Of a stretch of DNA of 64,000 nt, positions 39,646-50,663 are shown in pieces; the first letter of the stretch is position 1, and every line of letters begins with the position of its first letter. The position numbers and the translations under genes were made by a program. Source of the DNA: an uncultured delta proteobacterium (GTDB lineage Bacteria; Myxococcota_A; Polyangia; Polyangiales; Polyangiaceae); contig CAWAIF010000003.1 of NCBI GenBank assembly GCA_963782055.1, positions 2,976,001 through 3,040,000 on the forward strand. The letters are read 5' to 3'. Below the pieces are notes generated by a model. It searched no databases, was not told the origin of the DNA, and saw only the letters and a program-made list of their open reading frames with translations.

Positions 39646-39685
39646 GACGTTCCTTTCTTCCCAAAACGACGCGAGGTGAATCCCC

Positions 39686-40882
39686 ATGAGCAGAACGGTT
39701 GCAATCTCCGCCCTGGCGGTTCTCCTCGCGGCGTGCAGCAGCAAGCCATCGAGCGGCTTCGGTGACGCCGGCCCCAACGGGGGCGGGGACAGCGGGACCG
39801 TCGGCGACGACGGCGGGGGGCTGAGTCAGGACGACGGCGGCTTCAACTTCGGTGACGCTCAGACCGGCGACGGCGCGGTGCCGACGTGCAACCCCAGCCC
39901 GGGCAACTACGACATCCCGGGCAACAACTGCGACGACGACGGCGACGGCCAGACCGACAACGCCCCCAACTGCGACACCAACCTGCCGGCCACCGGCGAC
40001 GCCATGGCCTTCGCCAAGGCCATCGGCCTCTGCCAGACGGCCTCCGGGCCGAACGACACCAAGTGGGGCGTCATCTCCGCCGTCTACGCCAACGGCTACC
40101 AGAGCAACGCCGCGCCGGTCGCCGCGCAGCACGGCATCCTCAAGAAGTTCGGCAACAAGCTGAAGGCGCGGCAAGGCGGCCAGTTCGGCGTGCTCAGCTC
40201 CGGCTACGCGCAGGAGTACGACCAGTGCTACGGGCAGGGGCCCTTCAAGGGCGGGTGCGGCATGGGCGGGTCCTCCGCAGGCGCGCCCCCCGGCTACCCC
40301 AAGGCGGCGGGCAGCTGCACAGTCAGCAACGTCGTCAACGACGTCGCCACCGTGCGCCTGAAGATCAAGGTGCCCAACAACGCCAAGGGCATCGGGTTCG
40401 ACTTCAACTTCGGCTCGGGGGAGTGGCCGGAGTTCGTCTGCACCACCTTCAACGACTCGTACATCGCCTGGTACCAGAGCTCCGCCTTCAACGGCGGCAA
40501 GCCGGAGAACATCTCCTACCAGCTCGTCGGCAAGCAGCAGTATCCGATCAACGTCAACAGCGGCTTCTTCGACCGCTGCTCGCCCAGCTCCGGTCTGGGC
40601 GGCTGCCAGCTCCCCAGCCAGTACTGCGCGGGCGGCGACTCCGAGCTGCAGGGCACCGGCTTCTACAATCCGGGCAGCCACTGCGGCGGGGCGACGGACT
40701 CCGGCGGCGGCATGACCGGGTGGCTCACCACGCAGGCGCCCGCCAAGCCGGGCGAGGTCATCACCATCGAGTTCATGGTGTGGGACACCGGCGATGACAT
40801 CTACGACTCCAGCGTCCTCATCGACAACTGGCAGTGGCAGGCCGGGGACACCACCGTCGGCACGGTCCGACCCCCGAACTGA
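39686..40882 (+). CDS. Cys-rich lipoprotein (choice-of-anchor-L-like domain), paralog 2
   Basis: LAAC lipobox; collinear and highly similar to paralog 1; WDTGDDIYDSSVLIDNWQW. Confidence 0.85.
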   Translation: MSRTVAISALAVLLAACSSKPSSGFGDAGPNGGGDSGTVGDDGGGLSQDDGGFNFGDAQTGDGAVPTCNPSPGNYDIPGNNCDDDGDGQTDNAPNCDTNLPATGDAMAFAKAIGLCQTASGPNDTKWGVISAVYANGYQSNAAPVAAQHGILKKFGNKLKARQGGQFGVLSSGYAQEYDQCYGQGPFKGGCGMGGSSAGAPPGYPKAAGSCTVSNVVNDVATVRLKIKVPNNAKGIGFDFNFGSGEWPEFVCTTFNDSYIAWYQSSAFNGGKPENISYQLVGKQQYPINVNSGFFDRCSPSSGLGGCQLPSQYCAGGDSELQGTGFYNPGSHCGGATDSGGGMTGWLTTQAPAKPGEVITIEFMVWDTGDDIYDSSVLIDNWQWQAGDTTVGTVRPPN

Positions 40883-40883
40883 G

Positions 40884-40927
40884 CCTCACCCCCCCCGGCC
40901 CCCCTGTCCCTGCGAGGGAGAGGGGGA
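40884..40927 (+). repeat. Interspersed BoxC/REP-like element, copy 2
   Basis: CCTCACCCCCCCCGGCCCCCCTGTCCCTGCGAGGGAGAGGGGGA right after TGA. Confidence 0.75.
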
Positions 40928-41010
40928 AGAACACAGAGGGCCCAGACCGAGGGGGGGCCGAGGGGGGCTTTGGGCATGGACTCTGCGGACAGGCCTGGTA
41001 ACAGGTCGGC

Positions 41011-42411
41011 ATGTTCAAGAAGGTCCTCATCGCGAACCGGGGGGAGATCGCGCGGCGGGTGATCCGCACGTGCAAGCGTCTGGGCATCGCCACCGTCGCC
41101 GTCTACTCCGAGGCGGACGCCGACGCGCCGCACGTCTCCGACGCCGACGAGGCGGTGCTCCTCGGGCCCGCGCCGGCGAAGGAGTCGTACCTCAACATCG
41201 ACGCGCTGGTGGCCGCCGTCCGCAAGACGGGCGCGGACGCGGTGCACCCGGGCTACGGCTTCCTCAGCGAGAAGCCGGCCTTCGCGCGCGCGGTGGCGGA
41301 GGCGGGGGTGACCTTCGTCGGCCCGCCGCCCGCCGTGCTCGAGGCCTTCGGCGACAAGATGAAGGCGCGCCACGTGGCCGTCGCCGCCGGCACCTCCCCG
41401 GTGCCCGGCACCGACGCGCCCATCCCCATCGACACCCCCGAGGACCTCGCGCGCGCCCACGAGGAGGCGCGGCGCGTCGGCTTCCCCATCGTCGTCAAGG
41501 CCGTCGGCGGCGGCGGCGGCATCGGCATGCAGATCGTCAAGGACGAGGCGCAGCTCGATCGCGCCCTCAAGAGCTGCTCCGACCGCGGCAAGGCCAGCTT
41601 CGCCGACGCGCGCGTGTACCTGGAGCGGTACGCGAGCGAGCCGCGCCACATCGAGGTGCAGATCTTCTCCGACACCCACGGCGCCTTCTACGCGCTGGGC
41701 GAGCGCGAGTGCAGCATGCAGCGGCGCCACCAGAAGATCGTCGAGGAGACGCCCTCGGCGGCGGCCTTCTTCACCGGCGAGGCCGGCGAGAAGCGCCGGC
41801 GCGATCTGCACGAGGCCGCGCTGCGCGTGGTGCGGCAGGTCGGCTACGTGGGCGCCGGCACCTGCGAGTTCATCGCCGACGCCGAGGGCAACCTGTACTT
41901 CCTGGAGGTGAACGCGCGCCTGCAGGTGGAGCACCCGGTGACCGAGATGGTGACCGGCCTGGATCTCGTCGAGCTGCAGCTCCGCGTCGCGGCGGGGGAG
42001 AAGCTGCCCGACCTCTCCACCGTCGCGCGCAAGGGCCACGCCATCGAGGCGCGCGTCTACGCCGAGGACCCCAGCAAGAACTTCATCCCCAAGCCTGGCG
42101 CCATCGACGAGCTCGTCTGGGCGGGCGAGGCCGGCGAGGCGCAGGGTCCGTCGCTGCGCGTGGAGTCCGGAGTGCGCGCCGGCAACAAGGTGACGCCCTA
42201 CTACGACCCGATGGTCGCCAAGGTGGTCGCCTGGGGCGAGACGCGCGAGGCCGCGATCGCCGGCCTGGACGCGGCGCTGGAGAAGACCAAGATCGCGCCG
42301 CTGGTGACCAACGTGCCCTTCGTGCGCAGGCTGCTCGCGACCGAGGAGTTCCGCTCAGGCCACTACGACACGACCACGGCGGAGGCCGTGGCGAAGCGCC
42401 CGGCGAACTGA
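41011..42411 (+). CDS. accC: Biotin carboxylase subunit of an acyl-CoA carboxylase (AccC-like)
   Basis: MFKKVLIANRGEIA, HPGYGFLSE, KAVGGGGGIGM, ERECSMQRRHQK, FLEVNARLQVEHPVTE, YDPMVAK. No fused BCCP domain. Confidence 0.88.
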   Translation: MFKKVLIANRGEIARRVIRTCKRLGIATVAVYSEADADAPHVSDADEAVLLGPAPAKESYLNIDALVAAVRKTGADAVHPGYGFLSEKPAFARAVAEAGVTFVGPPPAVLEAFGDKMKARHVAVAAGTSPVPGTDAPIPIDTPEDLARAHEEARRVGFPIVVKAVGGGGGIGMQIVKDEAQLDRALKSCSDRGKASFADARVYLERYASEPRHIEVQIFSDTHGAFYALGERECSMQRRHQKIVEETPSAAAFFTGEAGEKRRRDLHEAALRVVRQVGYVGAGTCEFIADAEGNLYFLEVNARLQVEHPVTEMVTGLDLVELQLRVAAGEKLPDLSTVARKGHAIEARVYAEDPSKNFIPKPGAIDELVWAGEAGEAQGPSLRVESGVRAGNKVTPYYDPMVAKVVAWGETREAAIAGLDAALEKTKIAPLVTNVPFVRRLLATEEFRSGHYDTTTAEAVAKRPAN

Positions 42412-42585
42412 GAGCGAGCTCTCCGCCATAGGGGCGCAGGAGGCTCCTCGACGCGGCGCACAAGCGGCGCGCATGTACTACAGAAATGCGTCTGCGCCCG
42501 CGGACGATCCACATGACAGTCGGCGAAGGACTACCCCGGCGGAGCGATCTGCACCCCCGGCGACTTCCCGTGACGTCCGGCGCCC

Positions 42586-43926
42586 TCACTCCTGATCGAA
42601 CGGGAATACCTCGGTCTCCGCCAGGTCCCCGATGCTCGCGCGCACGCCGTCCAGGATGTCCTTGGCGGTGCCCACCACGGTGACGAGCAGGTTGCCGGGG
42701 GACAGCCGCCTCTTCAGCGCGGCGTTGGCGTCCTCCACGGTGATCGCCGCCACCTTGTCCAGCCACCCGGAGTAGTAGTCGCCCGGCAGGCCGAGCAGCG
42801 CCACGTCCAGCTCGTGGCCCACGCGCTTGTGCGCGGTGTCGATCTCGAAGGCCCAGGAGCGGGTGAGGTAGCGCTTGATGAAGGACAGCTCGCGCGGGGT
42901 GACGCCCTCGTCGACCAGCTTGCGCAAGAGGTCCAGCTCCAGCGTGATGCACGGCGCCGCGTCCGTCGCCGCGGGGAAGGTCCACATGACGAAGGAGTGG
43001 CGGTGCCGCTCCACCCCCAGCCGCGAGGACGCCCCGTAGGACCAGCCACGCTTGCCACGCACCTCGCGGGTGAGGCGCGAGGTGAAGGTGCCGCCGAAGA
43101 TGGAGTTGGCCACCGAGAGCGCGGCGTGGTCCTCGTCGTGTGGGGAGGTGCCCAGCGACCCGATGAGGATCTGCGTCTGGGTGCGCTCCGGCTTGTCGAC
43201 GAAGACCAGGCGCCGGTTCTCGACGGGCGGCGGCTCCCCCAGCGTGTCGCCGGCGGCCGGTCCCTCCGGCAGCGCGCCGGCGAGGGTCTTCCCGAAGCGC
43301 TCGGCCTCGTCCAGGTCCACGTCGCCGGAGATGGCGACGACCAGGTTGCCGCGCACGAAGGTGGCGGCGTGGTGGCGGCGCACCCCCGCCACGTCGATCC
43401 GTCCGAGCGACTGCGTGCTGCCGCGGATGGACCGGCCGTAGCCATGCCCGGCGAAGAGGGCGCGGCGGAAGAAGCGGTCGGCCAGGGCGCGGTCGTTGTC
43501 CCGCGCCTCCACGATCTCCGCGCGTGTCTCGCGCAGCAGGCGGGCCAGCTCGTCCTCGGGGAAGGTCGGCGTGCCCAGGATGCGCGCGAGCAGCTCGACG
43601 AAGGCGCCGGCGTTGCGCGAGATGACCTGCCCGTAGAGGCTCGTGGTCGAGGGCGTCACCTCCGCCGAGAGCTCGGCGCCCAGGCGGTCGATGGCGTTCT
43701 CCGTCTCGGTGCCGGTCAGCCCCTTCGACCCGCGGCGCAGCAGGCGCGTGGTGATCCGCGCGAGGCCCTCGGTGCCGGGCGGGTCGATCGCCGAGCCGCT
43801 GCGGAAGGACACGGCGACCGACACCAGCGGCAGGGCGCGGGAGGGCAGGGCGAGCAGCAGGGCCCCACCGCCAAGATCGCGGTGGGCGACGGTCTCGGCG
43901 GCGGTCGGGCGCGCGCGCGGGCTCAC
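42586..43926 (-). CDS. M16B peptidase, non-catalytic subunit
   Basis: GTG overlaps the upstream stop; GSAIDPPGTEGLA without HxxEH; FGGTFTSRLTREVRGKRGWSYG (R/Y pair). Confidence 0.88.
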   Translation of the reverse strand: MSPRARPTAAETVAHRDLGGGALLLALPSRALPLVSVAVSFRSGSAIDPPGTEGLARITTRLLRRGSKGLTGTETENAIDRLGAELSAEVTPSTTSLYGQVISRNAGAFVELLARILGTPTFPEDELARLLRETRAEIVEARDNDRALADRFFRRALFAGHGYGRSIRGSTQSLGRIDVAGVRRHHAATFVRGNLVVAISGDVDLDEAERFGKTLAGALPEGPAAGDTLGEPPPVENRRLVFVDKPERTQTQILIGSLGTSPHDEDHAALSVANSIFGGTFTSRLTREVRGKRGWSYGASSRLGVERHRHSFVMWTFPAATDAAPCITLELDLLRKLVDEGVTPRELSFIKRYLTRSWAFEIDTAHKRVGHELDVALLGLPGDYYSGWLDKVAAITVEDANAALKRRLSPGNLLVTVVGTAKDILDGVRASIGDLAETEVFPFDQE

Positions 43927-45281
43927 TGCGCGGCCTCCGCGGTCCTCGCCTCGGGCATCACGTGCACGATGGTGCGGCACTGCCGCAGCAGGTAGCGCCG
44001 CGCCGCGCTGCGCACCTCGCCCGAGGTCACGCGGCGGTACGCCTCCAGCCGGCGGAAGGCGCCCGCCGGCTCCCCCAGCACCGTGTCGTAGAAGCCCATC
44101 TGCTCCGCCTTGCCGCTCGCGGTGTCCAGCGACTGCAGCAGGCCCAGCTCCAGGCGCGCCTTGGCGCGCACCAGCTCGTCGTCGGTCACCACGTCGGCGT
44201 GGAGGTTCCCGATCTCGCGGTCCAGCACCCGCAGCAGGTCGTCCTTCGTCTTGCCGGGCCGCGCGGTGAGGTAGACCTCGAAGAGGCCGGGATCGCGGAA
44301 GGTGGAGACCCACCCGCGCAGGTCGGTGGCGATCTCCTCGTCGATGAGCATGGCGCGGTAGAGGCGCGAGGCGCGCCCGCCGAAGAGGATCTCGCAGAGC
44401 ACCGCGAGGGCGGGGTGGTCGGCGTCGCCCAGCGCCGGGCCGCGGTAGCCCATCACCAGCTTCTCGGTCGGCGTGGGTCGCGTGATGCTCACCGTCCGCT
44501 CCTCGGCCTGCGGCGGCTCGGGGTGGGTGTCCTCCGGCGGGATGACCGCCGCCGGCAGCGCGCCGTACGCCGCGCGCAGGCGCGCCAGCACGTCCGCCTC
44601 CTTCACGTCGCCCACCACCACCACCACCGCGTTGTTGGGCGCGTAGAAGGTCTTGTAGAAGGCCTCGCAGTCGGAGGGCTGAAACCCCTGGATGTCCTGC
44701 ATCCACCCGATGGTGGGCCAGTGGTACGGGTGCACGGTGAAGGCGGTCTTGTAGAGCAGCTCCCCGGCGATGCCCTCCACGTCGTCGTCGACGCGGTAGC
44801 GCCGCTCGTTGGCGACGACCTCCTTCTCGCTCTTCACCTGCGGCTCGCGCAGCACCAGGTGCGCCATGCGGTCGCTCTCCAGCTGGATGACCAGGCCGAT
44901 GCGGTCGCGCGGGACGGCCTCGTAGTAGAAGGTCCAGTCCAGCCAGGTGGCGGCGTTGGTGTCGGCGCCGCTCTCCTCCATCTTGCGGTCGAAGTGGCCG
45001 CCCTTCAGGTTCTCCGTCTCGTTGAACATCAGGTGCTCGAAGAGGTGCGCCAGGCCGGTCTTGCCTTCCTTCTCGTGGCGCGACCCCACCCGGAACCAGG
45101 TCGCGTAGGCGACCACCGGCGCGCTGCGGTCGACGAGCAGCAGCACCCGCAGCCCGTTGTCCAGGCGCAGCACCTGCACCTCGCTCCCGCCGAAGGGGAT
45201 GGCCCCCTCGTGGCGCACCAGGCCAGCGCCCTGCACCGGGCGCGCGTTCACCTTCTCCAGCACCTTCGCGATGGCGGTCAC
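43923..45281 (-). CDS. M16B peptidase, catalytic subunit
   Basis: LDNGLRV, VGSRHEKEGKTGLAHLFEHLMF (HxxEH), NAATWLDWT, HPYHWPTIGW, FYAPNNA. Confidence 0.93.
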   Translation of the reverse strand: MTAIAKVLEKVNARPVQGAGLVRHEGAIPFGGSEVQVLRLDNGLRVLLLVDRSAPVVAYATWFRVGSRHEKEGKTGLAHLFEHLMFNETENLKGGHFDRKMEESGADTNAATWLDWTFYYEAVPRDRIGLVIQLESDRMAHLVLREPQVKSEKEVVANERRYRVDDDVEGIAGELLYKTAFTVHPYHWPTIGWMQDIQGFQPSDCEAFYKTFYAPNNAVVVVVGDVKEADVLARLRAAYGALPAAVIPPEDTHPEPPQAEERTVSITRPTPTEKLVMGYRGPALGDADHPALAVLCEILFGGRASRLYRAMLIDEEIATDLRGWVSTFRDPGLFEVYLTARPGKTKDDLLRVLDREIGNLHADVVTDDELVRAKARLELGLLQSLDTASGKAEQMGFYDTVLGEPAGAFRRLEAYRRVTSGEVRSAARRYLLRQCRTIVHVMPEARTAEAAQ

Positions 45282-45291
45282 GTGTTCTCCT

Positions 45292-47115
45292 TCACCAGCT
45301 CCGCATGTCCAGCACGCTCATCGCTCCGTTCTGCCACACCCACGCGTGGGGGCCGCAGAGGACGGCGATGCCGAGATCTTTGCCGCCCGCAGCCGGCCCG
45401 CCCAGGCGCGCCAGCCGTGCGGGCTCACCGGTGCCGGGCGCGGCGTAAAACACCGGATCGCCCGAGCCCACCACCACCACCCCGCCGTCGCTCGCCAGCA
45501 GGGCGCCGCCGTCGACGCCGCGGATGGCGTGGACCGGCCGCAGGCCGCCCGCCTCGGTGCGGAAGGCCTCCTGCCGGATATCCCAGAGCACCGGCCGCGG
45601 CGGCGCCCCCGCCTCCACGCGGAAGATGCGCCCGTCCTTCTCCAGCACCACCGCGACCTCGCGCCACACGTCCAGGTCGATGGGCAGGCCGTCGATGACG
45701 TCGTCCTCCGAGATCTCCGCCCAGTCGTGCCCGCCGAAGCGCGCCACCGCGCCGACGCTCTCCCCGCACACCAGCATCGACAGCCCGCGTGGCGCTCCGG
45801 CGAGCGCGACCACGCTCTCGGAGGGCTCCAGGTTGGCGTCCGGATGGAAGGGGACGAAGCTGGTGCCGTCGAACTCCAGCAGCGCGCCGGCGCCCCATGC
45901 CACCACGCGGCCCGCCGCGCTCCCGATGCCGTACCACCACGCGCGCCCCTTGCCCGCGCGCTGCAGCGGGAAGGCGCGCGCGCTGCCGGCCGCGAACTGG
46001 ATGGCGACGCCCGTCGGTACCAGCCCCCAGAGCGTACCGTCCTGGGCGACGTGGACGTCACTCAGCGGCTCGTCGATGGCGTGCGCGGTGGTCACGGCCC
46101 CGCCGACGACGTGCAAGAGCAGGCTGGAGGCGTGCTGCGAGGTAGAGGCGGTGCGGCCGAGCAGGTAGAAGTCGGACGCCGACGGCCCGCTCGCCGCGCG
46201 GAAGGAGTGCCGGAGCGCCGGGAGCGCGGAGACGGTGACCACGCCGCGCAGCACCAGCGGCGGCTCGCGCGGGGCGCGGCGCAGGTCGCGCGCGTGGTCG
46301 GGGTGCGACGGTTGCTTGGGCGCGTCGCCGAAGAAGTTCTCGTCGCGGAACCAGCGCAGCCACCGGAACACGTCCTCCGCCGAGAAGACGAAGATGCCGG
46401 TGCGCAGCGAGGCGGCGAGGGAGAACTCGTCCAGGTTGAGGGTGAGCGACGCCTTGCCGCTGGAGTCGAAGAGGCGGTTGTGCGGCCCGCGCACCTTGTC
46501 GGCGATCTCCGGTCCGATGAGCTCCTCCACCGCGGGTACGTCGCCGGTCTCCAGGCGCCCGACGATGGGGTCGTCGAAGACGAAGCCGAGGTGCAGCAGG
46601 AGCGAGCGCAGCGAAGCGGGGATGTCGGCGGCGGTCGCGAGCTGCTCCTCCAGCCTGTCGGCCACGCCGTCCAGCCACTCGGCGAAGGTGTCCGCGACGG
46701 GCTCCGCCTTGCCCTCGTGCCAGGCGAGCACCGGCAGCTCGCCGCCCGCGCCCTCCTTCTTGCGGTCGAAGCAGTAGATGCGGTCCTCGTCGCGCGACTC
46801 GGCGAAGGGGATGAGCGCGGTGCTCTCGATGAAGCGCCGCTTCTCGGTCATCCCCTGCGCGTCCAGCAGCACGTCGCGCCCGCCGAAGCCGGCGGCGCGC
46901 TGCATCACCGCCCGGTAGCTCGGCGGGAGCGGCTTGCGCAGCATCCGCTCGCGGTCGTCCAGCTCCTGGTCGCCGGCCGGGGGCGCCAGCGCCTTGCCCT
47001 TGCGCTCCACGACGCCGCGGATGCGCTCCAGGCTCGCCACGGCAAGGCGCGTGGCGTCCACGCGCGGGCGCGCGCGGGACGTGCGGGAGGTTCTCTTCGG
47101 GCTCGTTCGCTTCAT
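45292..47115 (-). CDS. SMI1/KNR4 (SUKH) domain protein with C-terminal beta-propeller-like region
   Basis: [46 protein letters not shown]; repeated short beta-strand motifs (DGTLWG, FDGTSF, DLDVW). Confidence 0.75.
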   Translation of the reverse strand: MKRTSPKRTSRTSRARPRVDATRLAVASLERIRGVVERKGKALAPPAGDQELDDRERMLRKPLPPSYRAVMQRAAGFGGRDVLLDAQGMTEKRRFIESTALIPFAESRDEDRIYCFDRKKEGAGGELPVLAWHEGKAEPVADTFAEWLDGVADRLEEQLATAADIPASLRSLLLHLGFVFDDPIVGRLETGDVPAVEELIGPEIADKVRGPHNRLFDSSGKASLTLNLDEFSLAASLRTGIFVFSAEDVFRWLRWFRDENFFGDAPKQPSHPDHARDLRRAPREPPLVLRGVVTVSALPALRHSFRAASGPSASDFYLLGRTASTSQHASSLLLHVVGGAVTTAHAIDEPLSDVHVAQDGTLWGLVPTGVAIQFAAGSARAFPLQRAGKGRAWWYGIGSAAGRVVAWGAGALLEFDGTSFVPFHPDANLEPSESVVALAGAPRGLSMLVCGESVGAVARFGGHDWAEISEDDVIDGLPIDLDVWREVAVVLEKDGRIFRVEAGAPPRPVLWDIRQEAFRTEAGGLRPVHAIRGVDGGALLASDGGVVVVGSGDPVFYAAPGTGEPARLARLGGPAAGGKDLGIAVLCGPHAWVWQNGAMSVLDMRSW

Positions 47116-47270
47116 CGCCACCGCAGGACCCCCGAGCCTACACGAAACGCTGGCTCGCGATCGGAGGACACCCACGGCTCACCCCGAACGTCGCAGCGGG
47201 CAGGAGGCTCAGCGCCAGGGCACGCCGTTCTACTCCCTGGGGAGTATGGACCGATGAGGTAGATGGAGGG

Positions 47271-50200
47271 ATGCTTGCGGCTGCGTGGGGCGCCAGCGGG
47301 GCGCGCGCGATCGGAGGGTGTGGCGATGATCTTGCGCAGGGCAGGGCAGGGCAGGGCAGGGCAGGGCAGGGCAGGGCAGGGCAGGGCAGGGCAGGGCAGG
47401 CACTTCGTGTTGCCTCCGTGCTCTTCGCGCTCGGAATGGTGATGCTGGCGGCGTGCTCATCGCAGCGCGCCAGTGAGGATGTGGGCACGCAGGGCGAGCG
47501 CATCGTCGCCGGATACACGGACTCGGAGGATCTGTATCGCAACGCGAGCGTGAGGATCGGGGGTTGCAGCGGCACGCTGATCACCCCGATCCATGTGGTC
47601 ACCGCGAACCACTGCGTGACGGGGTTCGGGAGCCCTGGCGGATGGGGTCTCAACGGCAGCCCGATCGTGGGCTTCGGCACGTCCCCTGGGTCGACGTGGC
47701 TGGGCTCGGCCGCGCGCCAGATCCAGGTCGCTGCAAACGCGGTCCTGCATACCAGCCCGATCCAGAACGGCGCCGAGAAGACGGACCTCGCGATCGTCAC
47801 GCTCCAAGCCGCTCCGCGGCTGGGCTCCGCCGCAGGGACGTGGAACGTCAATCCGGTCCACCCGCTGGACCCGAACTACCCGTGTGCCACGACGATCAAC
47901 CCGCTGATCTCCGGGTTCGGGTGGACGAGCTGGCCCTGCGGCGCGAGTCCGGTGAACCGGCAGGCCAACGACCTCTTCGGCGTGAGCTGCCCCACGAACG
48001 ACATGTGCACGGCGAATTTCGGCGGTGGAGCGTACGCCGGCACACTCTTCGGCGACTCGGGCGGACCGCTGTTCATGCCTACGGGCAACCCGAACCAGCC
48101 CTACGTGCTCTGCGGTGCCACTGAAGGCGGCGACGCGACAGGCTGCGGGGTGACCCCGGTCCAGCAGCCCACGAGGTGCTATTGGACGCCGATGACGTAC
48201 ACGGACGGCACGTACGACAACGCCGCGTTCATCAAGAACGTCGCTTGGGATTTCAAGCACAACGGCTGGTACGGCGAGTGCGGCGGCCCCGACACCGATG
48301 GCGATGGCGTGGCCGACGCGTGCGACAACTGCCCCACCATCCGTAACGGGGCGCAGACCGACACCGACGACGACGGAGTGGGCGATGCGTGCGACAACTG
48401 CCCCCTGATTCCCGACGGCATCGAGCCAGACTCCAACTACCAGGCGGAGCTCGCCATCAATCCCCTGGGCAAGGACTGGCAGCCCACCGACGGGCGCGAG
48501 CGCGGCGACTCGTGGCTGACGGCGAACTACTCGGGCGACCGGTGCGATCTCCAGCCGCTGACGACGGCAGAGCCGACCGGGATGGACTACGCCTCCGGGC
48601 GTACCGTCCAGACCCTCCAGACCGAGTGCGGCCACACCGACCCTGTGCAGAGCGACGTGTCGCGCGGCAACGCCCTGGACGAAGAGAGCCATGTGGGCAA
48701 CCCGCTCTACTCCTACGAGACCGGCTGGACGCGTCCGATGCGCTGCCAGTGCCCGGCGGGCACGCCGCAAGCTCAGTGCGAACAGTTCTCCGGCTGTGGC
48801 CGCAACAACCTGGTGCAGAACCTCGATGTCGGTTGGCGCCCGATGGCCCTGGACGATTCGGCCGCGCACAGCACCATCTCGCAGAACTTCGTCATCGCAG
48901 GGCAGAATCAAACGGGTGTGGAGACGCAGTACTGGTCCATCAACGATCCCAAGCAGGCCGCCAAGCACCGGGGTTGGGGCTGGAAGTACTGGCTGGAGTC
49001 GGACATCTCGCTGCTGCCGCCGGCGTACGGCACGGTGCCCGTCTTCGACGGACTGGTCTGGAGCTGGGTGAAGACCTTCGCGCCGCTCGGGGGCCCTCCG
49101 GCCCCCTTCACCGATCCGCCGACCGGCACGACGAACGAGGAGATCCTCCGGCAGTACGTGGCCGCCAACCGACTCACCGTCACCGAGCAGGGCGAGACGT
49201 CGCGCACAATCCCCTGCAACGTCGGCTACGCGCCGCAGCTCTGGCCCTTCGACGGGAGCTGCCCCATGTGCGGGATGGCCTACTACGCGGTGGATCCCTC
49301 GGACCCCAACCCCGCCGCCACGGCGACCTTCCGCTACGCCGGCTTCGCGCCGAGCGATGCCTCGTCGAAGGTGGGCTCCGACGTCACAGCCGCATTGCTC
49401 AATCCGTCGCAGCGAGTGGTGATGGCGAGCGACGCTCCGGGGGTGTGGAAGGGCCTGGTCGCCGGCGTGGTCATCGACGCGTCCACACACCAGACGCTCG
49501 ACCGGGTACAGGTGGGCGCGAACGGGGGGGTCTCGCTGGTCCCGGCCTCCGACGTGACCGGTGCGGGCCCGCTGATCACCGCGGTCAGCGGCGTCCACCA
49601 GGAGGTCGCCTTCTTCGGAGAGACGAATCCGACGTCGGGCCAGCCGCTCAACTCGGTTCGTCTCTACGACTTCGACACGAACTCGTCGCGCACGGCCTCG
49701 CTGCTGGGGAGCGTGAAGCTGGCGAGCCCACAGGCGGCGACCTACCGCGTCGACGACGACAGCTACTACGTGCTCGACGCCACGACGTTCGGCGCTTTCA
49801 CCATCGCCAACGGCGACCTCGAGGCGGGCACGCTGTCCGGCTGGGCGCCGAGCGGCGCGTCGGCGACGATCACGTCGTCGGACGAGCACTCCGGCCGCTA
49901 CGCTGCGATGCTCGGCAGCACGTCGCCCACCAGCGGTGACAGCACGATCACCCAGACGTTCGACGCGCCGACGGGGGTCACGGGCATCTCCTTCTGGTAC
50001 AAGATGTACTGCCCGGACACGATCTACTACGACTGGGCCACCGCCACGCTCACCGACAACACTACGGGCGGCACAGTCTCCACGCTGCTCCCGAAGATCT
50101 GCACCACGGGCGGCTGGACGCAGGTGAGTGGTTCCGTCACCGCAGGCCACCACTACACGCTCGCCCTGACAAGCCATGACGACAACTGGCCGGGCGACGC

Positions 50201-50663
50201 GACGTACACCCTCTTCGACGACGTCGCGCTCACCGGCCCGGCCAGTATGCGGCTGGTTCGCATTTCCCGTGGGATGGTGGGAGAGATCCTGGGCGAGTGG
50301 CCGCGAAGCGGCGCCTTTTACACCTTCGGTCTAACGACAGGTGCCAACGGGAGCGTGGTGGTGTCCTGCTCCAACACGGGCACGCACGGCGTGGGGGAGC
50401 TCCTGCTCGACGCCTTCGACCCCCTGCACCCCATCACCGACTTCGTCGACGAGTCCCCCGCTCCCGGGCAGACCATCCCTCCGCGCGTGTTGCATCTACG
50501 GAGCTTCACCACCGGGTCGATGCCCCTGCTGGCACCTGCGCAGCGCACGCTGCGGGGACTGGAGGACTGGCCGCAGGGGGCGAGCGCACCGGAGCTGATC
50601 GCCTACGGGAGCGCTCCGGATCCGGCGGACCAGCCGCTCGGTGACCTCGCCGGGTGCTTCTGA
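47271..50663 (+). CDS. Large lipoprotein: trypsin-like (S1) serine protease + TSP3-like Ca-binding repeats + CBM-like insert; true start may be 47326 (repeat-dependent frame)
   Basis: LAAC lipobox; [21 protein letters not shown] (His), DLAIV (Asp), GDSGGPL (Ser); [30 protein letters not shown]. Confidence 0.85.
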   Translation: MLAAAWGASGARAIGGCGDDLAQGRAGQGRAGQGRAGQGRAGQALRVASVLFALGMVMLAACSSQRASEDVGTQGERIVAGYTDSEDLYRNASVRIGGCSGTLITPIHVVTANHCVTGFGSPGGWGLNGSPIVGFGTSPGSTWLGSAARQIQVAANAVLHTSPIQNGAEKTDLAIVTLQAAPRLGSAAGTWNVNPVHPLDPNYPCATTINPLISGFGWTSWPCGASPVNRQANDLFGVSCPTNDMCTANFGGGAYAGTLFGDSGGPLFMPTGNPNQPYVLCGATEGGDATGCGVTPVQQPTRCYWTPMTYTDGTYDNAAFIKNVAWDFKHNGWYGECGGPDTDGDGVADACDNCPTIRNGAQTDTDDDGVGDACDNCPLIPDGIEPDSNYQAELAINPLGKDWQPTDGRERGDSWLTANYSGDRCDLQPLTTAEPTGMDYASGRTVQTLQTECGHTDPVQSDVSRGNALDEESHVGNPLYSYETGWTRPMRCQCPAGTPQAQCEQFSGCGRNNLVQNLDVGWRPMALDDSAAHSTISQNFVIAGQNQTGVETQYWSINDPKQAAKHRGWGWKYWLESDISLLPPAYGTVPVFDGLVWSWVKTFAPLGGPPAPFTDPPTGTTNEEILRQYVAANRLTVTEQGETSRTIPCNVGYAPQLWPFDGSCPMCGMAYYAVDPSDPNPAATATFRYAGFAPSDASSKVGSDVTAALLNPSQRVVMASDAPGVWKGLVAGVVIDASTHQTLDRVQVGANGGVSLVPASDVTGAGPLITAVSGVHQEVAFFGETNPTSGQPLNSVRLYDFDTNSSRTASLLGSVKLASPQAATYRVDDDSYYVLDATTFGAFTIANGDLEAGTLSGWAPSGASATITSSDEHSGRYAAMLGSTSPTSGDSTITQTFDAPTGVTGISFWYKMYCPDTIYYDWATATLTDNTTGGTVSTLLPKICTTGGWTQVSGSVTAGHHYTLALTSHDDNWPGDATYTLFDDVALTGPASMRLVRISRGMVGEILGEWPRSGAFYTFGLTTGANGSVVVSCSNTGTHGVGELLLDAFDPLHPITDFVDESPAPGQTIPPRVLHLRSFTTGSMPLLAPAQRTLRGLEDWPQGASAPELIAYGSAPDPADQPLGDLAGCF
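47336..47400 (+). repeat. Simple sequence repeat (GCAGG)13
   Basis: 13 perfect pentamers, 65 bp. Confidence 0.97.

Noticed and set aside
42412..42585. Small ORF (42486..42683) or sRNA between convergent accC and M16 genes
   Set aside because: Atypical codons, overlap with the M16 3' end, and no recognisable RNA family or terminator.
47218..47233. Sigma-54 promoter for the protease operon (GGGCACGCCGTTCTAC)
   Set aside because: Good -24 element, but the conserved -12 GC is missing.
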